A DNA stretch of 64,000 nucleotides from Halarcobacter sp. (GTDB lineage Bacteria > Campylobacterota > Campylobacteria > Campylobacterales > Arcobacteraceae), in contig CP182352.1 in assembly GCA_048571215.1 (NCBI GenBank), positions 736,001-800,000 of the forward strand, read 5' to 3'. The position numbers and the translations under genes were made by a program. A model generated the notes under the pieces. The model had not been told where the DNA came from, searched no databases, and worked only from the letters and a program-made list of their open reading frames with translations. Below, piece by piece: positions 10,200 to 21,602 of the stretch; the first letter of the stretch is position 1, and the number at the start of each line of letters is the position of its first letter.

Positions 10200-12452
10200 T
10201 TATTGTAGTTTTTTTGCAACAAGCTCATTTACAATTTTAGGGTTTGCTTTTCCACCAGTGTTTTTCAAAACTTGTCCTACAAAGAAACCTAAAAGCTTAG
10301 TGTTACCAGCTTTAAATTTTTCTACATTGTCTGGGTTTTTTTCAATAATTTGATCAATAATTGGTAATATAACATCTGGATCACTTATTTGTATTAAACC
10401 TTTTTTATCAACTATTTGTTTAGGATCTTCTCCTGTTTTTACCATACTTTCAAATACTTGTTTTGCAATTTTACTTGAGATAGTTTCCTCATCAACCATT
10501 TTAACAAGCTGTGCTATTTGAGAAGCTGTAAATTTTAGTTCACTTAAGTTTTTCTCTTTTAACTCTTTTGCCACATCATTTGCTACAATATTTGCTAGTG
10601 CAATAGGGCTATTTAGTTTTGATAATGCCTCTTCATAAAATGATGAAAGAACTTCATCTCTTGCTAAGATATTTGCAAGTTCATTGTTTAATTTAAACTG
10701 AAAGGTATATTTATCAAATAGTATTTTTTGTTCTTCATTTAAAGCTTGAGCTTCACCATGTACTACTTCCTTTTTTACTTCTTGTTTAGGTGCAGTTTCA
10801 GTTGTTTTTGCTTTTTTTGCCCAAGAATCTTTAAGTCCTACGATTTTATTAAATACAGGTTTTTCATCACTATAATCTATTGGATCTGCATAAAAATACC
10901 CTTGTCTTTCAAACTGAAATCTCTCATCTACTTTATCAGTTATAACAGCTGGTTCTATAAGTGCATCTTTAATGATTGATAATGAGTTTGGATTTAAGTC
11001 TTCTAGAGCTTCTGGGGCTTCATTTTTATAAAGTCTGTCATAAAGTCTAACTTCAATTTTTTTAGCTTTTCTAGCGTCAGCCCATTGGATAGCACTTTTT
11101 ACTTTGATACCACTAGTATCCGACCCACTTTTAGAATCAGGATGATAAGTAGCTTTTATCTGTGTTATTTTGCCATTGGCATCTTTTATCACCTCTTTAC
11201 AAGTGATAATATATCCATGTCTTAATCTTACAGGTTGTTCAGGAGTTAGTCTATAGTAACCTTTTGGAGGATTTTCTTCAAAATCCTCACGCTCTATATA
11301 AAGCTCCTTTGAAAAAGGGATTTTTCTTGAACCCTCTTTGGGTACATCGTGTGGATAATATGAAGCCTCAATTTCTTCACCATCACCCTCATAGTTTTCA
11401 ATAGTAACTTTAAGTGGATCAAGTACACACATAACCCTTGGTACTTTTTGGTTTAAATCATCTCTAATACAAAATTCAAGTTGTGATACATCTACCATTG
11501 AGTTTGCCTTTGCCACACCTATTTGATCACAAAAATTTAAAATAGATTCAGGAGTATATCCTCTTCTTTTATATCCTGCAATCGTAGGCATTCTTGGGTC
11601 ATCCCAACCACTTACATAATTGCCATTTACAAGTTCCAAAAGTTTTCTTTTACTCATAACAGTATAGTTGATACCTAGACGTGCAAACTCATATTGATAA
11701 GGTCTAGGTGGTTCAAGTTCAAGTGTATCTAAAACCCAATCATAAATATCACGATTGTTTTCAAACTCTAAAGTACAAATAGAGTGTGATACACCTTCAA
11801 TATAATCAGATAAACAATGTGCAAAATCATACATTGGGTAGATACACCATTCATCATTTGTTCTAAAATGATGTGCATGTCTGATTCTATATAAAAGTGG
11901 ATCACGCATCTTCATATTTGCTGCACCCATATCGATTTTTGCTCTTAGTACATGCTCTCCCTCTTTGAATTCACCCTTTCTCATTCTTTCAAGTAAATCA
12001 AGGTTTTCTTCAACAGAACGTTTGGCATATTTACTTCTTCTTCCAGCTTCTGTTACAGTTCCTCTATATTCTCTTATCTCTTCTTCATTTAAACTATCAA
12101 CATAGGCTTTTCCCATCTTAACAAGTTTAATAGCATATTCGTATATCTTTGGGAAATAATCTGATGTGAAATATACATTTTCTCCCCAGCTAAAGCCTAG
12201 CCATTGCACAGCATCTTTTAGTGCTTCAACATATTTTGTATCTTCAGTTGTTGGATTTGTATCATCCATTCTAAGGTTACAGTGACCATTATAATCCCTT
12301 GCGATACCAAAATTTATACAGATAGATTTAGCGTGACCAATATGTGGAAAGCCATTAGGCTCAGGAGGAAATCTTGTAATAACCTCTTTATATTTGTCTT
12401 TTCTTAAGTCTTCTTCAACTTTGACACGTAAAAAATCTTTATGCTCACTCAT
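10200..12452 (-). CDS. glnS: Glutamine--tRNA ligase with C-terminal GatB/YqeY domain
   Basis: TRFPPEPNG, HIGH, MSKRK, FQFERQGYF; C-terminus LLGFFVGQVLKNTGGKANP is typical of GatB/YqeY. Confidence 0.95.
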   Translation of the reverse strand: MSEHKDFLRVKVEEDLRKDKYKEVITRFPPEPNGFPHIGHAKSICINFGIARDYNGHCNLRMDDTNPTTEDTKYVEALKDAVQWLGFSWGENVYFTSDYFPKIYEYAIKLVKMGKAYVDSLNEEEIREYRGTVTEAGRRSKYAKRSVEENLDLLERMRKGEFKEGEHVLRAKIDMGAANMKMRDPLLYRIRHAHHFRTNDEWCIYPMYDFAHCLSDYIEGVSHSICTLEFENNRDIYDWVLDTLELEPPRPYQYEFARLGINYTVMSKRKLLELVNGNYVSGWDDPRMPTIAGYKRRGYTPESILNFCDQIGVAKANSMVDVSQLEFCIRDDLNQKVPRVMCVLDPLKVTIENYEGDGEEIEASYYPHDVPKEGSRKIPFSKELYIEREDFEENPPKGYYRLTPEQPVRLRHGYIITCKEVIKDANGKITQIKATYHPDSKSGSDTSGIKVKSAIQWADARKAKKIEVRLYDRLYKNEAPEALEDLNPNSLSIIKDALIEPAVITDKVDERFQFERQGYFYADPIDYSDEKPVFNKIVGLKDSWAKKAKTTETAPKQEVKKEVVHGEAQALNEEQKILFDKYTFQFKLNNELANILARDEVLSSFYEEALSKLNSPIALANIVANDVAKELKEKNLSELKFTASQIAQLVKMVDEETISSKIAKQVFESMVKTGEDPKQIVDKKGLIQISDPDVILPIIDQIIEKNPDNVEKFKAGNTKLLGFFVGQVLKNTGGKANPKIVNELVAKKLQ

Positions 12453-12658
12453 CTATTAAACCCTTTGTCTTTGATACTTTTTTAAGGATGTATTTTATCA
12501 AATTAGTGCTTATATTAGAGGTTTCATAAAAGCTTTCGATTGTATTATTTACAATTATAATTGTAGTTTTGGTTTTTATATTAAATTTGTTTTTATTTTT
12601 TATATTGTATAAGATAATATATTACATAATTAATATTTTAAAATATGGGATAAATTTT

Positions 12659-13462
12659 ATGAAAAAAACCACACTACTTCTTATTGTATTTTTCTTTTTC
12701 TTTTCATTCTATATTGTATATGATAATTTTATTAAAAAAGGTTTTGTTTTTAATGATAGATATGTATATGATATAAATAATTTTGATACAAGTTCTTCAG
12801 ATATTAACTTAAAAGCTGGGAAAACATTGCAATTTAGATTTCATAATTCTTATGATGATGAGATTAGTATTTGTGAGTTGCATGTTCCAAAAAATTATAC
12901 AAAAAATAATGAGATACCAATATTTGTTTGGTTTGCCCCTGGCAATGGCTCTTATAGTGTAAAAAATGTACCTGCACTTGTTGATTTTGATGAATATTTT
13001 ATTTTAGCTTTACCATATTTAGATAATCAATTACCCCGTTTAGCTATCCAAGGTGGAAATATAGATCAGTTTTGGGAATACGATAGACCTATGTTTGAGT
13101 ATGTTATAGATAATATTCCTAATCTTAGTGAAGATGTAAGAATAGCAGCTGGATTTAGTAGTGGGGCACATTTTGTTTCTTCTGCCTTAGATAGGGATTG
13201 GATAGGATTTACTGATTTTTTCACAGGATATATTATCCATGAGGGTGGAGGTGCACCTGAAATGACATACAAAGGGATAAAACCATTTCATAAGATTCTT
13301 ATAACATATGGCGATAGTTATAATAGCTATGGAAAGTTGGTTGCAGATATGATGAAACAAGTACGTAAAGATATAACAGTATATGCAGTTCCTAACACAA
13401 AGCATCAATTAAATCCTCAATCAATAGAGTATATAAGAGAATGGATAAAAGAAACATTTTAA
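12659..13462 (+). CDS. Exported alpha/beta-hydrolase-fold protein
   Basis: N-terminal TM, GFSSG nucleophile elbow, late His (NTKH); ATG at 12659 preferred over track TTG at 12569. Confidence 0.6.
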   Translation: MKKTTLLLIVFFFFFSFYIVYDNFIKKGFVFNDRYVYDINNFDTSSSDINLKAGKTLQFRFHNSYDDEISICELHVPKNYTKNNEIPIFVWFAPGNGSYSVKNVPALVDFDEYFILALPYLDNQLPRLAIQGGNIDQFWEYDRPMFEYVIDNIPNLSEDVRIAAGFSSGAHFVSSALDRDWIGFTDFFTGYIIHEGGGAPEMTYKGIKPFHKILITYGDSYNSYGKLVADMMKQVRKDITVYAVPNTKHQLNPQSIEYIREWIKETF

Positions 13463-13481
13463 AAAATGCTTTAAATTATAA

Positions 13482-15488
13482 CTAATATGGTATGTAAGAT
13501 AACTCTATAAAAAACTTAGCACCTATTTTTGTATTTTTTACATATAAGTTTCCTTTTAGACTCTCTTTTATAATTTTATAACTCATATAGAGACCCAATC
13601 CAGTACCTTGTGATTTGTGTTTGGTTGTAAAATATGGTTCAAATATTTTATCAATTATTTTTTCATCTATACCACCTGCATTATCTTCAAATGTTATTAA
13701 TATCTTTTTTTTATTGATTTTTTTAATATTTAAATATATTTTAGGTTCTTCTATCTCTTTTTCTTTAAATACATCTTTTGCATTAGTTATTAAATTTATT
13801 ATAACTTGAGATAGTTCACCCTCAACAATATTTACAAAAATGGGTTCTATATCATCTAAATTATGCACAAGTTTAATATGGTTGTTTGTAAGTGTAGCTT
13901 TTAATAAATCAATAGATTTATAAATATTTTCTTGAAGAAATACTTTTTTATATACTTTTTCTTGTTTTATAAAGTTTCTAAATGTCTCAATTGTTTCAGA
14001 TAAATATTGTGCACTTTTATTAATCACTTCTAACTCTTCAAATAAAAGTTTATCGGATAAAATATTCATCTCTTTTTGTAGTTTAATTCCTGTTGATGCT
14101 GTACTAATTATACTTAGTGGTTGTCTCCATTGATGGGCAATATTTCCTATCATCTCACCCATAGAAGCCATTTTTGCTTGTTCTATAAGTTTTAGTTCAT
14201 GTTTTACATTTTTTTTAACTTCCAGTTGTATTTTTTCATTTAATGTATTATTTAAATCTGATAACTCTTTTGTTGTTACTGATACTAAGTTTGATAATGC
14301 TTTAATAGTCTGGATTTTTGCATTATTTTGAGGTTGTGAATAATCATCAATTTTAACTTTTATATCGCTTCTTTCACTTAAAGAAAGGATTGTCATTGTT
14401 TCATTAAAAAGTTGATTGAAATTTTTACCATTTTTATCTTTTTTATGAAAAAACTCTCCATATGTAAAAAAACCACTAACGGAAGCTAGTTTAGTAAGTG
14501 GAAATATTTCAGTCTCAATATTTTTACCTATTAAATGTTTTCTAGCCATACAAGAATAGATAAATAGTGATTCTATTGGGGTATTAGATAGTTCATGATA
14601 TAAACTATCTAAATTTTCTAAAATAAACTCAACATTTCCATAACCTAAGTATACTTTATCACCCACTTCAAAGTTACCTGCAAAGATTAGGGAACTATCT
14701 TCATTTTTCCCAATAGCAGCTCTTGCAATCATTTGATTATTTCTTGTTAAGATTAAAGGGAATTCAATCCCTGTCGAGGGGAGTTGATCTGAGATATCTT
14801 TCCCAAGATATTTATTATATATCTCATATGTTGGTATATTATCTATTGAGTATACAATATTTTCATTTGCACTAGTAACTACCATCTCTTTACCAATCTT
14901 TTCCCAGCCAAAATTGAATGTGGTATTTGCTATTAGGTTTTCTCCATAAAGTATCGCTGCAACTGCTCCTTTTTCAATGAAACCTTTATCTGTAAAAACT
15001 AAAGTTTCATCAAATTTTGCATTGTCACCTGCTAAGCCACCAGCAATTGTTAGATGATTTATTTCATCTTGAAAAGCTCTTAAAAACGTCTCACCATTTG
15101 TGTTGAGTCCATCAGCAAATATGATTGCAACTTTTGCCTTATTATTATTTGGTATTTTTTTTATTAAGTTAATTCCCATCTTATAACTTGATGGTTCATA
15201 TTCTATTTCAACTATTTCTATAGTTGATTTTTCAAACTGTGTAAATGATAAAATAATTTCATTAGAAGATACATTTTTATCTAAAATCTCACCATCTGTT
15301 GTAGTACCTATGATTTTATAATCTGGTAGTAGTTTTTTAATATTTTGTAAAACTTTTTCTATTTTATTTTTATTGATTTTTCCAGAAAATATTTGTAGTA
15401 AGCCATTATTTGTATTAATAATATTATTTAAGTTTATAAAATCTTCTAGATTCTTATAAGTAGTATATTTTGTATTATGCGTCTTCAA
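13482..15488 (-). CDS. FIST-domain sensor histidine kinase
   Basis: FIST motifs (GTTTDGEI, GGLAGD, YSCMAR, GFFTYGE), H-box NIAHQWRQPL, DNAGG, FTTK, GTGLGL. Confidence 0.92.
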   Translation of the reverse strand: MKTHNTKYTTYKNLEDFINLNNIINTNNGLLQIFSGKINKNKIEKVLQNIKKLLPDYKIIGTTTDGEILDKNVSSNEIILSFTQFEKSTIEIVEIEYEPSSYKMGINLIKKIPNNNKAKVAIIFADGLNTNGETFLRAFQDEINHLTIAGGLAGDNAKFDETLVFTDKGFIEKGAVAAILYGENLIANTTFNFGWEKIGKEMVVTSANENIVYSIDNIPTYEIYNKYLGKDISDQLPSTGIEFPLILTRNNQMIARAAIGKNEDSSLIFAGNFEVGDKVYLGYGNVEFILENLDSLYHELSNTPIESLFIYSCMARKHLIGKNIETEIFPLTKLASVSGFFTYGEFFHKKDKNGKNFNQLFNETMTILSLSERSDIKVKIDDYSQPQNNAKIQTIKALSNLVSVTTKELSDLNNTLNEKIQLEVKKNVKHELKLIEQAKMASMGEMIGNIAHQWRQPLSIISTASTGIKLQKEMNILSDKLLFEELEVINKSAQYLSETIETFRNFIKQEKVYKKVFLQENIYKSIDLLKATLTNNHIKLVHNLDDIEPIFVNIVEGELSQVIINLITNAKDVFKEKEIEEPKIYLNIKKINKKKILITFEDNAGGIDEKIIDKIFEPYFTTKHKSQGTGLGLYMSYKIIKESLKGNLYVKNTKIGAKFFIELSYIPY

Positions 15489-15566
15489 ATTAGCTACCTT
15501 AAAAAAATATTAAGCTATTATAACTTTTAAAGATTTAAAGTCAAGATTGAAAAGGAAATTTCTTAT

Positions 15567-16484
15567 ATGAAAAAGATTATAGTAGTTATTTTAATGATAA
15601 TAGTTAGTTTATCAGCAAATGTTTATGATTTAAAACCTGTAAAAATTACAGATAATGTAACTTGTTTTATTGGGGATTTTAATCCTCCCCTTAAAACAAA
15701 TAAAGGCTTTGTTTCAAATGTATGTTATGTTGATATAGCAGATAGTGTTGTAGTAATTGAACCAGGACCAACATATGTTTTTGCAAAAGAATTAAATAGT
15801 TATATTAAAAAAACTCTTAATAAAAAAGTAAGTTATGTAGTTGCAACAAACTTTCATGATGATAGATATACAGGAGCTTCTTATTATAAGCAAATGAATA
15901 TTCCAATAATAGCTCATAAAACTATCATAAAAGAGTTAAAAGAAAATCCAGATAAATTTACAAGAATCCAAAAAGTTACAAGTAAAGAAGAGTATTCAAA
16001 ATCCAAAATAGTTCAACCAGATATATTGATAGATGATAAGTATATTATTGAAGGGAAAACAAGAAATCTTGAAATCTTAAAGTTAAGTGCGGGTTCAAAT
16101 TCAGTTTCTGATATAGCTATTTATAGTTTAAAAGATAATTTTATTTTTGTTGGAAATATTGTATTCAATGGAAGAATGATTAAATATGCTAAATATAGCA
16201 ATATAGATAATTGGATAGAAGCATTAAGAAATTTAGAAAAAATGGATGTAAAATATGTATTAGGTGGGCATGGAAGTGAATTTGATAAAAATTCATATAA
16301 ACCAACACTTGAATATCTAAAAATATTAAGATCAAGTGTAAAAAAAGCTTATGAAAATGATGTGGAGAGGGAAGATATCAAAAACTATGTAGATGATAAA
16401 AAGTTTAGTTATTATAAGCATTATAAAACAATAGTTACGGGAAATGCTAAAACCTATTATGATCAATTAGAGTGGGCTGAGTAA
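15567..16484 (+). CDS. Periplasmic MBL-fold protein (SoxH-like) with degenerate metal site
   Basis: Signal peptide, NKGFVSN, VVIEPG, TNFHDDR, GGHG. Confidence 0.75.
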   Translation: MKKIIVVILMIIVSLSANVYDLKPVKITDNVTCFIGDFNPPLKTNKGFVSNVCYVDIADSVVVIEPGPTYVFAKELNSYIKKTLNKKVSYVVATNFHDDRYTGASYYKQMNIPIIAHKTIIKELKENPDKFTRIQKVTSKEEYSKSKIVQPDILIDDKYIIEGKTRNLEILKLSAGSNSVSDIAIYSLKDNFIFVGNIVFNGRMIKYAKYSNIDNWIEALRNLEKMDVKYVLGGHGSEFDKNSYKPTLEYLKILRSSVKKAYENDVEREDIKNYVDDKKFSYYKHYKTIVTGNAKTYYDQLEWAE

Positions 16485-16581
16485 GTGTAGATAAATTTTT
16501 GATTTACTAAACATAAAGTCAACAATAAAAAACTATAATAATATCTTGATGTTATTTACAGAATTTGAATCAAGGTAAAAA

Positions 16582-17076
16582 ATGAAAGATAAAATAAAAA
16601 AATATCTTAAAGAGGGTGTGATACTTATAATATTTTTAGCAATAGCTATGAATGGTATTAGTTATTATAAATCACTTGATTTAAATAAAAATAGACTAGA
16701 TATAGATAGTTTTACCCTTCTTGATGGGAGTAAATATGTAGTCTCTAAAGATAAACCAATACTTGTTTATTTTTGGGCCTCATGGTGTCCTATTTGTAAA
16801 GTTGAAGCACCAAATATAGAAAAAATTTCAAAAGATTTTGAGGTAGTAACAATTGTTGTACAATCTGGAAGTAAAAAACAAATACAAGAGTATATAGCTG
16901 AGCATAAACTTAGCTTCAAAGTTGTAGATGATACAAATGGATTTTATTCTCAAAAATTTAATATAAAAGTTTTTCCCACAACATTTATATATGATAAAAA
17001 TAAAAAATTAAAATTTAGTGAAGTAGGGTATACTACTACTGCTGGTTTATATTCAAGGATGTTGCTAAGTAGATAG
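16582..17076 (+). CDS. TlpA-family thiol:disulfide oxidoreductase
   Basis: TM anchor, YFWASWCPIC, FPTT cis-Pro motif. Confidence 0.88.
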   Translation: MKDKIKKYLKEGVILIIFLAIAMNGISYYKSLDLNKNRLDIDSFTLLDGSKYVVSKDKPILVYFWASWCPICKVEAPNIEKISKDFEVVTIVVQSGSKKQIQEYIAEHKLSFKVVDDTNGFYSQKFNIKVFPTTFIYDKNKKLKFSEVGYTTTAGLYSRMLLSR

Positions 17077-17077
17077 T

Positions 17078-17347
17078 TTACATTATCTTAAATTTATCAT
17101 GATATATTTTTTCTATATTGTCAAATTGCTTAATATCTTTTACAATACTACTAGGACTTCCTTTTTTTAGTATTTGTATAAAGTCATTTAATCTATGCTC
17201 CTCACAAGTAACTACTGCTTCAACAGTACGATCCGGCAAGTTTTTTACATATCCATAAAATTTTTGAGTGTTTGCATTTTTTGCAACATTTTTTCTATAA
17301 TATACACCTTGAACTTTTCCACTTACTAAAAATCTATAACTTTTCAT
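17078..17347 (-). CDS. acyP: Acylphosphatase
   Basis: VSGKVQGVYYR, GYVKNLPD..VE. Confidence 0.92.
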   Translation of the reverse strand: MKSYRFLVSGKVQGVYYRKNVAKNANTQKFYGYVKNLPDRTVEAVVTCEEHRLNDFIQILKKGSPSSIVKDIKQFDNIEKIYHDKFKIM

Positions 17348-17466
17348 TTTTTTCCTTTATTAGTAAATTTGTTTTTATAATATATAAACTATATATTATA
17401 ACTACTAAAAAATATCAATCTCTTTTATAATACAAAAAAAGGATAATTAATGCTATATATTATACT

Positions 17467-17500
17467 AAAAAAAGCTAGAAGAGTATCTCTTCTAACTTTT
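17467..17500 (-). terminator. Rho-independent terminator of lactate permease
   Basis: aaagctagaagag-tat-ctcttctaacttt hairpin followed by a T-run on the minus strand. Confidence 0.7.
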
Positions 17501-17504
17501 AAAT

Positions 17505-19196
17505 TTATTTCATTAGTGGGTCAGTTAAACCAATAACATACATACCTATAAGACCTAAAATACCAGCAACTAAGCAGTAGTAAATAGTAGGGATTATTGT
17601 TTTTCTTAAGGTCTCACCCTCTTGGTCAAGTAAACCAACAGTGGCAGAAGCTGCAACAACATTATGAATCGCAATCATATTTCCAGCTGCTGCTCCAACT
17701 GCTTGAAGAGCAATCATAAAAGTAGTTGAAACGGTAAGGGCATCTGCAACACCAAATTGAAATTGTGATAACATCATATTTGATACAGTATTACTTCCTG
17801 CAATAAAAGCTCCTAAAGCACCAACCATTGGAGCAAATAATGGGTAAATATCCCCCACTGAACTTGCAACAAAATTTGCCATAGCAACAGGCATAGAATC
17901 AAATCCTGAAGCATTTACTCCTGAATTAATAAGAATTCTAACTAAAGGAATAGTAAATACTAATACAAAACCTGCACCTAACATCACTTGTGAAGATTCT
18001 GTAAAGGCTTCTTTCATCTCTTTGAATTCCATTTTATGTAAGAAATAAGTTATAATCACTACAAAAACTAAAATTCCACCTGGTAGATAAAGTGGAGTAA
18101 TAGAGTATCCTAAGCCTTCACCTAAAATATCTTTAAATGGGATTACCCAAGATGTTACAAATGCTTTTGCTTCTGAACTAACTCTTGTCAATACTAAAAT
18201 AGCTGCAACTAATACATAAGGTACCCATGCTCTTGCTAAAGACATATCTACTTTAGTATTCATAGCATCTAATTTCATCTCTAATTTTGAAACCCAATGT
18301 ACAGGCCATTCTTCTTTAGGAGCAAAATCCCAAGTATCTTTTGGAATCAAAAATCCTTTTTTTGCAGCTGTTATTACAATAGGAAGTCCAATTAAAGCTC
18401 CAATAAGAGATGGAAACTCTGCACCTAAAAATACACCTGTTAAAGCATAAGGAATAGTAAATGCCAAACCACCAAAAATTGCAAATGGTAAGATTGATAA
18501 ACCTTCAGTCCACGATTTGTTTTTACCAAAAAATCTTGTCATCATTATAATCATAAATAGTGGAATTAAAGTTCCTGTAATAGCATGGATAATAGCTACT
18601 TCACTAGTAATAATTTGAAGATAAGTTTCCCAGTTTGAACCAAGTGTTTGTAAAGTAGCACTTATCCCTTCTGAATCCAAACCTTTGTTTACACCAATTA
18701 AAATAGGTGTTCCAACTGCACCAAATGATACAGGAGTTGATTGTATCATCATCCCTATCATAACAGCAGCCATGGCAGGAAATCCAATAGCAACCATAAG
18801 TGGAGCTGCAATAGCAGCAGGTGTTCCAAAACCAGATGCACCTTCAATAAATGAACCAAATAGCCAAGCTATAATTATAACTTGAACTCTTCTATCTGGA
18901 CTTACATTATTAAAACCTTCTCTAATAACTTTTATAGCCCCTGAGTGTTTAAGTGTATTTAGCAATAATATTGCACCAAAAATAATCCATAACACAGCCA
19001 CTGTGATTAATAGACCTTGAATTGTTGAAGCTAACACTCTGTTAAAAGTAACTTCCCACACATAAACCGCTACCAAACTTGTCACAACAAATACAACTGG
19101 CATAGCTTTTTTAGCTGGTAATCTTAAACCAACCAATAAAACTGCTGCAACCAAAATTGGTAAGGCAGCAAAAAAGGCTTGAGTACCTATTTCCAT
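17505..19196 (-). CDS. lctP: L-lactate permease (LctP family)
   Basis: [36 protein letters not shown]; many TM helices. Confidence 0.92.
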   Translation of the reverse strand: MEIGTQAFFAALPILVAAVLLVGLRLPAKKAMPVVFVVTSLVAVYVWEVTFNRVLASTIQGLLITVAVLWIIFGAILLLNTLKHSGAIKVIREGFNNVSPDRRVQVIIIAWLFGSFIEGASGFGTPAAIAAPLMVAIGFPAMAAVMIGMMIQSTPVSFGAVGTPILIGVNKGLDSEGISATLQTLGSNWETYLQIITSEVAIIHAITGTLIPLFMIIMMTRFFGKNKSWTEGLSILPFAIFGGLAFTIPYALTGVFLGAEFPSLIGALIGLPIVITAAKKGFLIPKDTWDFAPKEEWPVHWVSKLEMKLDAMNTKVDMSLARAWVPYVLVAAILVLTRVSSEAKAFVTSWVIPFKDILGEGLGYSITPLYLPGGILVFVVIITYFLHKMEFKEMKEAFTESSQVMLGAGFVLVFTIPLVRILINSGVNASGFDSMPVAMANFVASSVGDIYPLFAPMVGALGAFIAGSNTVSNMMLSQFQFGVADALTVSTTFMIALQAVGAAAGNMIAIHNVVAASATVGLLDQEGETLRKTIIPTIYYCLVAGILGLIGMYVIGLTDPLMK

Positions 19197-19390
19197 TTCT
19201 TCTCCTTATTTAGATTAGATAATAATAAATTGTTGAAATGATAATCGTATGATAAAAGTAGCATTACCGTAGCGTTTTTGTCATATGTTCATATTTTGTT
19301 TATATTTTTCACACAAAAAAACTATAGTAATTGTTGTCTTGACTAATTATTTAAATAGGACTACAATGTATTCAATAGGAGGTAAAGAAG

Positions 19391-20713
19391 ATGAAACGAT
19401 TCTTTTATTTGCTGTGTTTCTTATTCATACCAATATTTGCGTTTAGCGATAATATAACACATATAAAAATACAAGATGCAATATCTCCCGCAACTGCTAA
19501 ATACTTAAACAATGCCTTTAAAGAAACCAAAAAAAACAATTCAAAACTTTTATTAATCCAACTAGATACCCCAGGTGGATTAGCAAGTTCTATGAGGGAG
19601 ATGATTCAAGATATTTTAAATAGCAAAATACCAGTTGTTATGTATGTTTCTCCCAAAGGTTCTAGAGCTGCAAGTGCAGGTACTTATTTGATGTATGCTT
19701 CACATATAGCTGTTATGAGCCCTGGAAGTAATATAGGAGCAGCAACTCCTGTAAATCTTATAGAAAATCCTAAGTCACAAAAAGAGGAACAAACAGAAGA
19801 TAAGAAGAAAGAAAATTTTTCTCAAATGACAACTACCATGCAAAAAAAAGTTATAAATGATTCTATTGCATATATAAAAAGTATTGCAGAACTTAGAAAT
19901 AGAAATATACCATGGGCAATAAAAGCTGTTAAAGATGGTGAGAGTATCTCTTCTCAAGAGGCATTAAAACTTAATGTTATAGATTTTATTGCAAATGATA
20001 TGGATGAGTTACTTAAAGAAATAGATAAAAAAGAGCTTGTTATAGATGGTAAAAAAATCATAATTAATACAAAAAATGCAAATATAATATTTTTTGCTCC
20101 ATCTTGGAAAACAAAAATTTTAATGACTATAACAAATCCAAATATTGCATATATTTTCTTGATGCTTGCTTTATATGGAATCTTATTTGAGATGTTCAAT
20201 CCAGGTGCAATCTTACCAGGTTTCATTGGGTTTATATCCGCTTCACTTGCTTTGTATTCACTAAATATTTTACCCTTTAATTATGTGGGATTACTGCTTA
20301 TATTTTTTGGTGTTGTATTTATGTTGATGGAAGTATTTATTTCAGGTTTTGGGATTTTAGGAATTGCAGGAGTTTTCTCTTTAGCTACTGGTTCATTTTT
20401 ACTTTTTGATGAAAAAACTTTAGGTTTAGGAGTCTCTTATCCTTTGATAATAGCTTTTTCACTTGTAAGTTTAGCTTTGTTTGTTTATATATTAAAAACT
20501 CTTCTTAAAACAAGAGAAAAAAAATCAATATCGGGGATTGAAAATATAATTGGAAGCCAAGCATTAGTCGTGAAAGTCAAAGGTAATACTTATAAAGTTT
20601 TATCTAATGGAGAGTTATGGAATGCAACTAGTAAGGAAAAACTTAATATTGATGACAAAGTAACAATAGAAAATATAGAAGGTTTAACCCTTCAAATAAG
20701 GAGTGAGAAATGA
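19391..20713 (+). CDS. nfeD: NfeD membrane-bound ClpP-class serine protease
   Basis: LDTPGG, RAASAG, IGAATPV, TM region, C-terminal OB fold (GELWNA); overlaps slipin gene. Confidence 0.9.
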   Translation: MKRFFYLLCFLFIPIFAFSDNITHIKIQDAISPATAKYLNNAFKETKKNNSKLLLIQLDTPGGLASSMREMIQDILNSKIPVVMYVSPKGSRAASAGTYLMYASHIAVMSPGSNIGAATPVNLIENPKSQKEEQTEDKKKENFSQMTTTMQKKVINDSIAYIKSIAELRNRNIPWAIKAVKDGESISSQEALKLNVIDFIANDMDELLKEIDKKELVIDGKKIIINTKNANIIFFAPSWKTKILMTITNPNIAYIFLMLALYGILFEMFNPGAILPGFIGFISASLALYSLNILPFNYVGLLLIFFGVVFMLMEVFISGFGILGIAGVFSLATGSFLLFDEKTLGLGVSYPLIIAFSLVSLALFVYILKTLLKTREKKSISGIENIIGSQALVVKVKGNTYKVLSNGELWNATSKEKLNIDDKVTIENIEGLTLQIRSEK

Positions 20714-21453
20714 TTTCATATACATTGATTTATATAGTTGCTTTTATAGTAGCTATTTTAATCTTATCTATAAAAATTTTAAGGGAATATGAGAGAGGTA
20801 TTGTTTTTACTTTAGGGCGATTTACAGGAGTAAAAGGTCCTGGGATAATTATTCTTATCCCTGGTATTCAACAAATGGTAAGAGTAGATTTAAGAACAAT
20901 TGTTTTAGATGTACCAACGCAAGATGTTATATCCCATGATAATGTTTCAGTTCATGTAAACGCAGTAGTTTATTTTAGAGTAATAGATCCAGAAAAAGCT
21001 ATTATCCAAGTTGAAAATTTTCTTATGGCAACAAGTCAATTGGCTCAAACAACACTTAGGTCAGTTTTAGGTGGACATGAACTTGATGAGATGTTAAGTG
21101 AGAGGGAACGACTAAATATAGATATCCAAGAGATTTTAGATAAACAAACAGATATTTGGGGAATCAAAATCTCTAATGTAGAGATAAAACATATTGACTT
21201 AGATGAGAGTATGATTAGGGCTATTGCAAAACAAGCAGAAGCGGAAAGGGAAAGAAGAGCAAAAGTGATCAACTCCAAAGGTGAACTGGAAGCTAGCAAA
21301 AATTTACTTGAAGCTGCAAAAATCATAAGTGAAAATCCACAAGCTATTCAACTTAGATATTTACAAACTTTAAGTGATATATCAGGGGATAAAACAAATA
21401 CAATAGTTTTTCCATTTCCAACTGAATTGAGTAATATATTTAAAACAAAATAG
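20710..21453 (+). CDS. SPFH/stomatin-like (slipin) protein
   Basis: [44 protein letters not shown]. Confidence 0.93.
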   Translation: MISYTLIYIVAFIVAILILSIKILREYERGIVFTLGRFTGVKGPGIIILIPGIQQMVRVDLRTIVLDVPTQDVISHDNVSVHVNAVVYFRVIDPEKAIIQVENFLMATSQLAQTTLRSVLGGHELDEMLSERERLNIDIQEILDKQTDIWGIKISNVEIKHIDLDESMIRAIAKQAEAERERRAKVINSKGELEASKNLLEAAKIISENPQAIQLRYLQTLSDISGDKTNTIVFPFPTELSNIFKTK

Positions 21454-21474
21454 TTTTAGCTTGAAGATTTAGAA

Positions 21475-21507
21475 AAGGCAAGAGTATCTATCTTGCCTTG
21501 TTATTTT
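21475..21507 (+). terminator. Rho-independent terminator
   Basis: aaggcaaga-gtatcta-tcttgcctt followed by gttatttt. Confidence 0.7.
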
Positions 21508-21602
21508 ATAATATCTTTTATTATCCAAAAAAATCTATTTAAAATTTTTATTTTTTTTATTAATATGTTATACTATCTAATATTACAAACAGTAGGATAG
21601 TT

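Noticed and set aside
19231..19255. Fur box upstream of lactate permease (aatgataatc)
   Set aside because: Only a partial match with no palindromic second half; expected by chance in AT-rich DNA
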